Shown piece by piece: positions 29,404-38,760 of a DNA stretch of 64,000 nt. Made by a program: the position numbers and the translations under genes. The stretch's first letter is position 1; each line of letters starts with the position of its first letter. The stretch is from an uncultured Bacteroidia bacterium (GTDB lineage: Bacteria; Bacteroidota; Bacteroidia; JANWVE01), in assembly GCA_938028625.1 (NCBI GenBank), contig CALIZB010000045.1:192-64191 (forward strand), written 5' to 3'. The notes under the pieces are model-generated. The model made no database searches. It saw only the letters and a list, made by a program, of their open reading frames with translations, and was not told the origin of the DNA.

Positions 29404-31797
29404 CTATTGTGTGATTATTTTTTGTGCATAAACTTTTTCCTGTGTGCGTGCTACAATGATGTACATACCCTTGGCTAAATGACCAAGATTAAGCGTTTCC
29501 ACTACATTATCTTGAATGATATTTTGCGGAACTTTGCTGTATACTTTCTGCCCTTTTATATCCAATACTTCAATGGTAGAATTTTGGGAGTAAGCAGCAC
29601 TATACTGTACAATAAAACTACCTTCACTAACCGTAGGATATACAAACACATTTTCGTTTATATCAAAGCACTGTACCTGAACAGGAGCAAAATACTGATG
29701 TTGTCCGTTTTTGTTGATGTTTTTTAAGCGATAATAATAATCTATTCCTTTTTTAGCCGTTTTATCTGTGTATTCATACTGTTGCACTGATGTGGTTGTA
29801 CCTGCACCGTTAAGAGTTGCAATAGTTTCCCAAGTTACTTCTACGCTTCCTGTGGGTACAAAACCGCGTTCTAATACAAATTTTTCATTTTCTTTTTCGC
29901 TTTCTGTATTCCATTGAATAACAACATGGTCATTAGGTAAGCATTGTGCATTAAAATTAAGCAGTTTTACAGGTAAAACTACACAAGGTATGCTCACTCT
30001 CGCGCCTGTCGTTATGGCTACCGAAGCTACAAAACCATTACCACAAGCTACTACTTCATTACTTGCAGGATTTATAGCTACATCATATACTACATTTGCA
30101 GTAGCTGCAGAGGACACTAAACCCAGAGCAGAGTTAAACTTATATACTCCTGTACTTGAACCCACGTAGATATTTCCGAGTGCGTCTGCATCTAAACCGC
30201 TATTATTGGGAGATATCCCGTCAAAAGAAGTAGTATGACTACCCCCAGGTATGACTACCGAACCTAATACGCCCCCACCAAAATTTCTCTTATGTAAAGT
30301 AGAACCACTACGAGTGTATAAAAAGTTGCCGTCTGAAATCATACCGCTAAAACCCATATTGCCATCTATGGAATAAGTTGGAGTACTATAAGAAAAGTTA
30401 TAGATATTCACGTCCTTATAGTTTAAGGTCATACCTGAACTCATTTCACCAATAGAGTCTAATGTAGAAAAGGCAAAGTTGTTACCTGGTGTAGCGCAAA
30501 GCGTTCTTACTTCTTTAATTTTTGGTAATGCTGTCCAGCCTACGGGTAGAAAACTAAGTACAGCACCTGAACTCATATTGAGATTTATCATTACACCGCG
30601 ATAGTTACTTAAAGAAAAAGGATTAGGGGCACGCATACCTCCACAAACTAATTGGGTATAATCACAATTAAAGTCTAATTTCCAGTATTCATATAAAGGT
30701 CCGAATGCACCATTAGGATTATTAAACCATACCGATGCTCCTGCTGTACTAATACAGCGAATTTGTCCATTAGAACCCGAAGTAATATAACTAACCCCCG
30801 TATTCGGATTAGTTCTCAATGTGCCTAACCAAAAATTTGCGGTATCCCAGGTAGTGTTATAAGTCCAAAGTAAAACTCCTGCGGAAGTATATTTACGTAA
30901 GCGCAAAGGTGTATCTCCTCCGTATGCATATACGTTTCCTGTATTATCGGTTTCTATTTCCCAAACTCTGTTAGAGTTACTGAATGAAGGCGCAATAGAC
31001 CATGGGTCCAATATGATAGTTTCAGTAACATTGTATGGGTCTAATTCAAAGGTTAGCAAATTTGAACTTAATTTTTTGAACCTTGAACCTATGGTCAGCC
31101 CAGAGTTATTGTGATAATATGTATGTGGTGCATAATCAATAATATCGCCGTACATGGTGGTATAATGCAAATTCCCGCTTGCATCAATACTGGGTGAGAC
31201 ATTGCTCTCTACTTTCATCTGAATAAGATTAGGATTAGAACCTGGATGCAGAATAAAACTGTACTTGAACCCTTTACTAGGGTGAATGGTATATTCCAAA
31301 TCAGTATTAGGATAAATGTTTTTATACAGCAGTTTTTTGTATCCTTTAATGTAGTTTGCAGGTTTAAGTTCTCCATTTACATTTACAGTATAGTTTGAGT
31401 AGTCTTGAGCAAGGTCTAATGGTATAATTTGTACGTTAGGATTTGCGTTCAGCCATTTTATGCAAACAGTTTCTGTAATAACATTGAGTTTAATATTCTG
31501 CATGCGAAGACGCATTTCATATTCAGGACCGCTTTCATTTTCTTTACGAATATGTTGAGGTGTTTTTTCCACTTTATCTAAACAATAGATAAAAGCGTCA
31601 TGGGTAAAAAGCACTTGCATTCTTCCTTCATCTATGGCATACGGTACAGGTACGTTCTTATACTGATTTTTACCTTGAAATTGTCCGATATTTTCTATAA
31701 AACGGGCGTGATTCTGGTCTAACCAGTTCACTAAACCGCTTTGAGCAAGACTTTGTACAACAAGAAATAATACAATACAGGTAAATATACTTTTCAT
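29404..31797 (-). CDS. Secreted beta-propeller-like protein with T9SS C-terminal sorting domain.
   Basis: Signal MKSIFTCIVLFLVVQSLAQS. C-terminal ~80 aa (…VLDIKGQKVYS…GMYIIVARTQEKVYAQKIITQ) fits the T9SS type-A CTD. N-terminal FIENIGQF motif is shared with the next gene. Confidence 0.7.
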   Translation of the reverse strand: MKSIFTCIVLFLVVQSLAQSGLVNWLDQNHARFIENIGQFQGKNQYKNVPVPYAIDEGRMQVLFTHDAFIYCLDKVEKTPQHIRKENESGPEYEMRLRMQNIKLNVITETVCIKWLNANPNVQIIPLDLAQDYSNYTVNVNGELKPANYIKGYKKLLYKNIYPNTDLEYTIHPSKGFKYSFILHPGSNPNLIQMKVESNVSPSIDASGNLHYTTMYGDIIDYAPHTYYHNNSGLTIGSRFKKLSSNLLTFELDPYNVTETIILDPWSIAPSFSNSNRVWEIETDNTGNVYAYGGDTPLRLRKYTSAGVLLWTYNTTWDTANFWLGTLRTNPNTGVSYITSGSNGQIRCISTAGASVWFNNPNGAFGPLYEYWKLDFNCDYTQLVCGGMRAPNPFSLSNYRGVMINLNMSSGAVLSFLPVGWTALPKIKEVRTLCATPGNNFAFSTLDSIGEMSSGMTLNYKDVNIYNFSYSTPTYSIDGNMGFSGMISDGNFLYTRSGSTLHKRNFGGGVLGSVVIPGGSHTTSFDGISPNNSGLDADALGNIYVGSSTGVYKFNSALGLVSSAATANVVYDVAINPASNEVVACGNGFVASVAITTGARVSIPCVVLPVKLLNFNAQCLPNDHVVIQWNTESEKENEKFVLERGFVPTGSVEVTWETIATLNGAGTTTSVQQYEYTDKTAKKGIDYYYRLKNINKNGQHQYFAPVQVQCFDINENVFVYPTVSEGSFIVQYSAAYSQNSTIEVLDIKGQKVYSKVPQNIIQDNVVETLNLGHLAKGMYIIVARTQEKVYAQKIITQ

Positions 31798-31907
31798 GGC
31801 AATTTTAATTTTATGTTAGTGCAAAATAAAAAAGAAGTAAATAAAAAAACAGTAGGGCTACCCCCTCAAAAGAAAGTAGCCCATATACATAAACAGAATA
31901 AATGTTG

Positions 31908-34694
31908 TTATTGAATTACAACAGGAGAATAGAACACCTGTGCGTTTGAAGTATTAACGTATAAGATATAAGCACCTTTGGAAGTATTTTCTGCAAATTG
32001 TAAGAACAGTTTTCCGCTGCTCACTTGAACCGTATGAACTTCTGCTACTGCTCCTTTGCTGTCTATCAAAGTGCAGGTGGCTGTACCTGTATAGTTTGAA
32101 GACAAGGTAACATTACATCTTTCCTTTATAGGATTAGGATAAACCCACATTTCACCATTGGCTTTTGGTTTGTAATCCAGTTCTACAACGTTACTATAAG
32201 CTACACGCCCGTCTTTACTAATTGCCTGTATGCGGTAAAGGTTTGTACCCACCTGAATATCCTGCGTGGCAAAAGAATACTGGTTGTTTCCGTTATATAA
32301 TACTTGAGATACTTTCTGCGGGGCGTTGTTTTTGAGTTTTTCCACTACAAAATAATTGATTTCTGTATTTTGCTCTACCTCCCAAGATAAAATATGAGTA
32401 TTATCTTGATTTATGCCACGTAAAATAAACTTTTGTAAAGGTAAAGGTCCGCAAGGGGGTGCATTTCCTACTTTTAACAAGTATCCATCATCACCGCCAT
32501 TGGCAGTACCATCAAAATAGGCTGTGCCGCCAGGGTTTACAGTGGGAATATTTGTAGAAGTACCATGCAGACAGGCATAAAAGTTACCAGAAGCATCACA
32601 GACAGCGAAGTTTCCGCTTGTAAACATGTGGTCATGTCCATTGCCCCCAAAATAGGTAGACCATGTCATCGCATTTGTAGCACTGAAAGAAGCAATAAGA
32701 TAATCTGCGGGACCTGCATTAGTACCTTGAAAATATGTTCCTCCGCCTGGGTTAAACAAGGGTACGCTTGCAGTGCTTTCTGCACCTCCTGCTATGTAAA
32801 TATTTCCCGCAAAATCGGTAGCTATACCTACTCCGCAGTGTTCTGTGCTGTTACCACCGTAGTAGGTTGCCCACAAACGCACCCCTGTATTGCTGAATCT
32901 AAGAATAACATAATCGGTCATGTCATATTGGGTACCTGAGTAGAATGCGCCTCCACCTGGGTTGAAGGTAGGCATAGTACTAGCGCCTTGTGTAAGCCCT
33001 ATGGCGCAAAGGTTATTGTTACCATCAACACTTACACTCATACCTATAAACTCATTAGCACTTCCTCCATAATAAGTAGCCCACTGTCTAACTCCTGCAT
33101 TGTTAAATTTAAGAAATACAAAATCTCCGCTTCCTCCATTAGTACCTTGAAAATACGCTCCTCCGCCAGGATTAAGTGTAGGAAAGTTTGTAGAGCTAGT
33201 AAATCCGCCGATAAACAAATTTCCTGACGCATCAGTATCTGCACCAAGTCCCCAGCTTTCTGTACCTGAACCGCCATAATAAGTAGACCAAGTCATAGCC
33301 ATAGTGGCACTGAATTTTACAATAACCATATCCTGACCACCAGCATTTGTGCCCTGAAAATACACGCCTCCGCCAGGGTTGACTACGGGAAAGTTTGTAG
33401 AACTGGTATGTCCTACTACAAACACATTGTTTGCACCGTCAGTGCATACACTTGCGCCATAAGCATACCCCGAGTCTGAACCTGAACCTCCAAGATAAGT
33501 AGCATGTATTCTTACTCCTGAACTATTGAATTTTATCACACCCATATCATTACCTCCTGCATTAGTTGCCTGATAATAAGCCCCACCTCCTGCATTAAGC
33601 ACAGGCATATTTGTAGAGTTGGTAGGAATAAGTGCGATTACATTATTCATACGGTCAGTCGTAATATCAAAACCGTAGTAGTTTGAACCTTCTGTACCTG
33701 TACCTCCGTAGTAAGTAGCCCATAAACGGGTAGCATTAAAATCAAATTTTACGATGAGTGCGTCGCTTGTTCCTGATAAAGTACCCTGAAAATAAGCACC
33801 CCCGCCCGGATTAAGTGTAGGAAAGTTTGTAGATTGAGTGTATCCAATCATTACTATATTGCATAATTCATCAGCATCTATGTTGTTAAATTGGTCTAAT
33901 CCAGAGCCTCCGTAATAAGTACTCCATGACAAAGGAGGGTCTATAACCAAAGTCTGTGCAGGATTATAGCTTGCAATATTAAAAGAAAAAACACTGTCCT
34001 GCTTATGGTAGCTTACTGCAACAGCATTAGTGCCTGTATAGGCTTTTGGAGTATTTTCTGTAACATATCCCAAAGGGGTCTGAAATTTTATTTCGGTACT
34101 GTTATGGGATATGTCTGCCCATTTGTAATACCATTTGATAAGATTAGGATTTCCTCCTGGTCTGACAATAAAGTCGTATTTCAAGTGTCCTTCTGTGTCA
34201 AAATAAATAACCCAGTCTATGTGAGGATATACTTCACTGAAAGTGATTTTTTTGTAGGAACTTACCTGTTCTATCCCATTCGGACAGTGTGCATAATAAT
34301 AATTGTATTTAGTAATCTGAGGTTCTTTATACTGCATATTGGCTTTGGAAAGGTTTGCGCCTATGAGGCACATGTCCACTCTCGCAAAATTCAGGTCAGG
34401 TATTTTAGAGTCCTGCATAAAGGGGTTATGAAGCGGGTCTTGGTCTTTGTTTGTCGCCTGCTGATGCAGAAATACATAACTGATTCCTTGTTGCGTAAGG
34501 TAAACGTCTATTCCTTTGGCTGAGGACTTTGCCAACACAAAAGGTATAGCTTCCTGATTTGAACCTACAAACTGCCCTAAATTTTCTATAAAGGCTTGTG
34601 TAGTGTTGTCTGCATTTGAAAACCTCAATACGGTTATCAATACACTGAATAATAAAAAACGTTTCGTACGCTGTATAGTAATAATATTACACAA
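31908..34694 (-). CDS. SBBP (beta-propeller) repeat protein with T9SS C-terminal sorting domain.
   Basis: ~9 repeats of …YYGGSG.D.G..….D..GN.Y..G.T.STNFPT… (PF06739-like). C-terminal …ILYVNTSNAQVFYSPVVIQ sorting domain. N-terminal FIENLGQF. Confidence 0.7.
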   Translation of the reverse strand: MCNIITIQRTKRFLLFSVLITVLRFSNADNTTQAFIENLGQFVGSNQEAIPFVLAKSSAKGIDVYLTQQGISYVFLHQQATNKDQDPLHNPFMQDSKIPDLNFARVDMCLIGANLSKANMQYKEPQITKYNYYYAHCPNGIEQVSSYKKITFSEVYPHIDWVIYFDTEGHLKYDFIVRPGGNPNLIKWYYKWADISHNSTEIKFQTPLGYVTENTPKAYTGTNAVAVSYHKQDSVFSFNIASYNPAQTLVIDPPLSWSTYYGGSGLDQFNNIDADELCNIVMIGYTQSTNFPTLNPGGGAYFQGTLSGTSDALIVKFDFNATRLWATYYGGTGTEGSNYYGFDITTDRMNNVIALIPTNSTNMPVLNAGGGAYYQATNAGGNDMGVIKFNSSGVRIHATYLGGSGSDSGYAYGASVCTDGANNVFVVGHTSSTNFPVVNPGGGVYFQGTNAGGQDMVIVKFSATMAMTWSTYYGGSGTESWGLGADTDASGNLFIGGFTSSTNFPTLNPGGGAYFQGTNGGSGDFVFLKFNNAGVRQWATYYGGSANEFIGMSVSVDGNNNLCAIGLTQGASTMPTFNPGGGAFYSGTQYDMTDYVILRFSNTGVRLWATYYGGNSTEHCGVGIATDFAGNIYIAGGAESTASVPLFNPGGGTYFQGTNAGPADYLIASFSATNAMTWSTYFGGNGHDHMFTSGNFAVCDASGNFYACLHGTSTNIPTVNPGGTAYFDGTANGGDDGYLLKVGNAPPCGPLPLQKFILRGINQDNTHILSWEVEQNTEINYFVVEKLKNNAPQKVSQVLYNGNNQYSFATQDIQVGTNLYRIQAISKDGRVAYSNVVELDYKPKANGEMWVYPNPIKERCNVTLSSNYTGTATCTLIDSKGAVAEVHTVQVSSGKLFLQFAENTSKGAYILYVNTSNAQVFYSPVVIQ

Positions 34695-34839
34695 ATATAC
34701 TCAAACTTATGTTACATACAAAAAATTTATACTTCAATTTATCATTTTTATCTATTTTGTCTTCTTCAAAACAAAGACAACTATTCGTTTTTGAAACATG
34801 CAGACAGGTTCAGGATTAAATTTTACTTTACTTTGCGGT

Positions 34840-36264
34840 ATGAATAAACTTGTGTGGATTTTTCGGGCAGTTACCGTACTGATTGTTTTGCTGTTTTGTT
34901 TTTGGAATTTAGGAAAGAATCCCCTTAATGAATTTGACGAAGCAAGATATGGTGTGAATGCTTTTGAAATGATGCAAAACGGTGATTATATCAATCTTTA
35001 CTTTGGTCAAAAACCTGATACTTGGGTATTTAGACCACCCCTTTGGAGTTGGTGTATTATTATCAGCTATAAAATTTTTGGATATAATGCATGGGCTTTG
35101 CGTTTTCCTGCGGCACTTTGTACACTGGGATATTTTTTCTTTACATACAGGTGGATAAAACTGTACAGAAGTGAGTTTTTTGCATTGTGCGTTGTAGTTT
35201 TATTAGCTATCAGTAAAGGAATTACAGGTTTTCATGTAAGCCGTAGTGCAGACATGGACGCTATTTTATTACTTGGGTTAAGTGTTTTTTTATATTATTT
35301 CTCAAAGTTTTTACAAGAATATACGTCTAGAAATGCTATTTTATCAGGAATAGGCTTACTTATTGCGTTTTATACCAAAACTACTGCTTCTTTATTGTTT
35401 TTACCTGGTATAGTGTTATTTTTAATCATAGAAAAAGAACTCAAAACAGTTCTTCAAAAAAGAAATACATGGATAGGATTGAGTGTATACGTTGGAGGTA
35501 TATTGCTTTGGTTTATTATAGTCCAATTATTTGGAAACAAAGAAATTCACAACGAATATGATAACAATAAAAAGAGTAATGTATGGTCTCAAATGATTAT
35601 CTATGATACATGGAAACGTTTTACGGCTTCTGAATTTGACGGACATCCTGTACCTAAAAATTATGCTTTTTTTATAGAAAATATAGACTCTGTATTCAAT
35701 CCATGGAATTATGTTTTTTATCTTGCTTTGCTTTGGGTGCTTATTCAGTACGTACAAAAAAAACGAAATAAACAACCTTACAAACTGGATACTCTCTTAA
35801 AGTACTCTATATGCATTGCTATACCTATAATTGTTTTGCTTACTTTTGGAAGGCATAAATTACATTGGTATTCTGCTCCTGTATTAGTATTTTTGGCAGT
35901 ATGGGTAGTAGAGTTCTTGTTTTATATACATACCTTCCATCGTTTTGCATGGGTAATTACTGTATTGCTTTTCAGTGTATTCGGAACAGTGCATTTTGTC
36001 AAAGATATTCTCAATGTAGAAAAAAATATTCTTAGCTACCCTTACGATACTCAGAAAGAATGGATTTTTTTAGATATTGTACCCGCCCATATTCTTTTGC
36101 ACACCTTGTGGAACGGAAATGCCACACATTATTCCAGAAGTATTAAAAACCCTCCGCTTATGAAAAATGTGTATTATGTTACCAATACTGTTATGGACAG
36201 TACATTCTTTACTTTCATACATCAGGACAAAAGGCACAGAGTGTATGTATTAAGGCAAAAATGA
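34840..36264 (+). CDS. ArnT/PMT-family (GT83/GT39) membrane glycosyltransferase.
   Basis: N-terminal TM then EFDEARYGVNAFEMMQNGDY (DE-x-RY-x-E motif of ArnT-like enzymes), followed by multiple TMs. Confidence 0.6.
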   Translation: MNKLVWIFRAVTVLIVLLFCFWNLGKNPLNEFDEARYGVNAFEMMQNGDYINLYFGQKPDTWVFRPPLWSWCIIISYKIFGYNAWALRFPAALCTLGYFFFTYRWIKLYRSEFFALCVVVLLAISKGITGFHVSRSADMDAILLLGLSVFLYYFSKFLQEYTSRNAILSGIGLLIAFYTKTTASLLFLPGIVLFLIIEKELKTVLQKRNTWIGLSVYVGGILLWFIIVQLFGNKEIHNEYDNNKKSNVWSQMIIYDTWKRFTASEFDGHPVPKNYAFFIENIDSVFNPWNYVFYLALLWVLIQYVQKKRNKQPYKLDTLLKYSICIAIPIIVLLTFGRHKLHWYSAPVLVFLAVWVVEFLFYIHTFHRFAWVITVLLFSVFGTVHFVKDILNVEKNILSYPYDTQKEWIFLDIVPAHILLHTLWNGNATHYSRSIKNPPLMKNVYYVTNTVMDSTFFTFIHQDKRHRVYVLRQK

Positions 36265-36319
36265 TACTATTTTTCAGGTTATTTTTTGCAAAAAAGTATA
36301 ATTATAGTAATTTTGAGGA

Positions 36320-36511
36320 GTGAAAGATAAATTTAATTCTGCCAAAAAAGTAGAGGCTTTTGATTTTATTATTATGAATGAATACTTTAAGAATGGCTTT
36401 GGTGCATTGGGAAAAGGAGATATTGACCTTATTTTTTATCATGCACTTACACAGTACGGTAACATTAATGAATCTCATAAAACAGACTATGAACGGAGTA
36501 AAATGCTATAG
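36320..36511 (+). CDS. Hypothetical small ORF. In the same frame as 36527..37048 and separated only by two TAG codons.
   Basis: ORF track only. Could be the 5' part of a disrupted gene. Confidence 0.2.
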   Translation: MKDKFNSAKKVEAFDFIIMNEYFKNGFGALGKGDIDLIFYHALTQYGNINESHKTDYERSKML

Positions 36512-36526
36512 ATTACATAGGCAAGA

Positions 36527-37048
36527 GTGCACAGTCTGAAAATCAAACAAGGACCTAAATATGCCCCTATGGACAAACAGGCTGTTCAGGAAGTGTTTCT
36601 GGAAAAAGCCCAGTTTGCAAGATTAGAAGAAGACGGTAAACGTATTTCTATTCCTGTGTATGACCCCAATGTATTTATTGAACTGGAACACCTGATAGAA
36701 AGTCAGAACGGGTATGTGGAAGTACAACTTAACCCCAAGATACTTACAGTCCGTATAGACCAGTTTATTGGCTTGCTGATATGTTTTCATGCCATAGAAA
36801 CTAATAAGGAAGTAAAAACGGTTCAGCAGGAATATATAAAAAGTATTCAGGAAGTTGTAAAAAGAGAAAAGAAATTTAGTGAGAAATTAGAAATCAAAGA
36901 AAGCAGTTTCTCCTTTAAGCAGATTCAGAAAAATCTGTTGGAAAACGGAGTTGAATTTGGTCTAGAATTACTCGTAGAAGCTATACCTGGCGGAGGTATG
37001 GCAAAAAAAGTTACTGAAACCCTGTTCAAATTACTGTTTAAAAAATAA
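36527..37048 (+). CDS. Hypothetical protein (GTG start).
   Basis: 173-aa ORF with no recognised motifs. Confidence 0.3.
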   Translation: MHSLKIKQGPKYAPMDKQAVQEVFLEKAQFARLEEDGKRISIPVYDPNVFIELEHLIESQNGYVEVQLNPKILTVRIDQFIGLLICFHAIETNKEVKTVQQEYIKSIQEVVKREKKFSEKLEIKESSFSFKQIQKNLLENGVEFGLELLVEAIPGGGMAKKVTETLFKLLFKK

Positions 37049-37062
37049 AAATCATTAAAAAC

Positions 37063-38529
37063 ATGAAACGTGTTCTTTCGGTATTGCTTATCTTGATACA
37101 AATGACCTTTTATGCAAATTATCTCTTTGCTCAGGCGTGGCAGTCATGCAGGGATAGTGCAGAGTATTACAACCGAAAAAATGAGTACAATAAAACGATT
37201 TTTTGGTACAGCAAAGCTATAAAAAAAGCAGAACAATCCCTTTCTCCCAAAGATACAGTGTTAATGCATCTTAATTATACTGCAGGAACGTTTTATATGG
37301 CACTAGGAGATAAAATAAAAGCAGAAAAATGTTTTACAATTAGTGCTAATATAGCTAAACAAAATTTTGGAGAAAATCATACTATATATGCAAAAAGTCT
37401 TAATGAAATAGGACATGCCCAAGCTATGCAAGGAAACTATTCTGTGGCAGAGAAAACTTTTCTCTCTTCTATGGAGATATTTATGGCTAAGCAAGATAAT
37501 ACTTCATTAGAATACGCTGATTTGCAAGCATACAGAGCTTCTATGTATAGGTATAAAAATGAGTATCATCTCTCTGAACCTTTATTTAGAGAGGCTATTT
37601 CTATTTATAAGGAGTACATGAATAAAAATCCTGAACATAATTACGATAAGTATTGTAATAATTTATGTGGACTGGGGCTTATCTATCAAGATATGGGATA
37701 TTTTGACCCTTTACCTAAAATATGGCAAGAACTTTTAGATATTTTTCAAAATAAACCGCATGAAATAGCAAATTATGGAGTTATTACAAATAATTATGCC
37801 TTAATGTATCACTCTCAAGAAAATTATAAAGAAGCTATCTCGTATTATAAGAAAGCTATTGAAATTCAGATAAAACTTGACGGTAAAGAAAACGATAATT
37901 ACGCAGCTTATATCAATAATCTTGCAGGGTGTTATCATAAACTCGGATATCTCAGACAATCTGATAGTTTATTACAAGAATGCCTTGCTATATATGAAAA
38001 ATTAGTAGGCAAAGACCATTATGACTATGTTGAAACCACCTATAATATATCAAATCTTCATTTAGATATGGGTAATACAACTTCTGCCCTACAACTTTTG
38101 CAGGAAACAGAAAAAGTACAGGCTAAAGTATTGGGCAAAAAGCATTTTAGATACATGGCTACTTTAAATACCCTGTCAAATATGTATCTAGTTAATAATA
38201 ATCATAAGGCATCAGATACATTGTTAAGACAAATTTTAGATGCCCGTCTGTATCAGCTTAATACCTTTATGCCTGTATTAAGCGAAAAAGAACGTCAAAT
38301 TTATGGAAAGAATGTAAGAACAGCTTGTAGCAATTTTTACAGCTATGCTATACCTCTTGCTAAAACACAATCCCAGTTCATTGAGGATATGTATAATTAT
38401 CAATTGATGACAAAAGGTATCTTGCTTCGGGCAACCCAAAAACTGAAACAACAAATTTTTAATAGCAAAGATACTGTTCTTATTCATCATTATCAGAAAT
38501 GGATAGCAAACAAAAATTTACTGTTGTAG
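37063..38529 (+). CDS. TPR-repeat protein with signal peptide. Most likely the intact N-terminal part of a decayed TPR–CHAT protein.
   Basis: Signal MKRVLSVLLILIQMTFYANYLFAQA and TPR_10/12-type repeats. Immediately followed by a CHAT C-terminal remnant in another frame. Confidence 0.65.
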   Translation: MKRVLSVLLILIQMTFYANYLFAQAWQSCRDSAEYYNRKNEYNKTIFWYSKAIKKAEQSLSPKDTVLMHLNYTAGTFYMALGDKIKAEKCFTISANIAKQNFGENHTIYAKSLNEIGHAQAMQGNYSVAEKTFLSSMEIFMAKQDNTSLEYADLQAYRASMYRYKNEYHLSEPLFREAISIYKEYMNKNPEHNYDKYCNNLCGLGLIYQDMGYFDPLPKIWQELLDIFQNKPHEIANYGVITNNYALMYHSQENYKEAISYYKKAIEIQIKLDGKENDNYAAYINNLAGCYHKLGYLRQSDSLLQECLAIYEKLVGKDHYDYVETTYNISNLHLDMGNTTSALQLLQETEKVQAKVLGKKHFRYMATLNTLSNMYLVNNNHKASDTLLRQILDARLYQLNTFMPVLSEKERQIYGKNVRTACSNFYSYAIPLAKTQSQFIEDMYNYQLMTKGILLRATQKLKQQIFNSKDTVLIHHYQKWIANKNLLL

Positions 38530-38726
38530 CAGGGGCAAAAAGTTTAATTGTTTCTTTATGGAAAGTGAACGATGAAGCTACTCAGATTTTAATGACGGCT
38601 TTTTACCAGAACTGGATAGCCAAAAAACAAGATAAATACACAGCTCTGCTCAATGCACAGAAAGAACTATAAAAAAAATATCCTGACCCATACTATTGGG
38701 GAGCATTTATTTTATTGGGCAGGTAG
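38466..38726 (+). pseudogene. C-terminal remnant of a CHAT (caspase-like protease) domain. Frame differs from the TPR ORF and it contains an in-frame TAA.
   Basis: Frame-0 translation …FTVVAGAKSLIVSLWKVNDEATQILMTAFYQNWIAKKQDKYTALLNAQKEL*KKYPDPYYWGAFILLGR* matches the conserved CHAT tail (…AGA…v.SLW.V.D.aT..lM..FY……ALr.Aq……hPyyWAaF.L.G). The catalytic His/Cys core (~250 aa) is absent. Confidence 0.6.
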
Positions 38727-38760
38727 TACAAGCAATGCAAAAAACGTATATTTTTGCACC

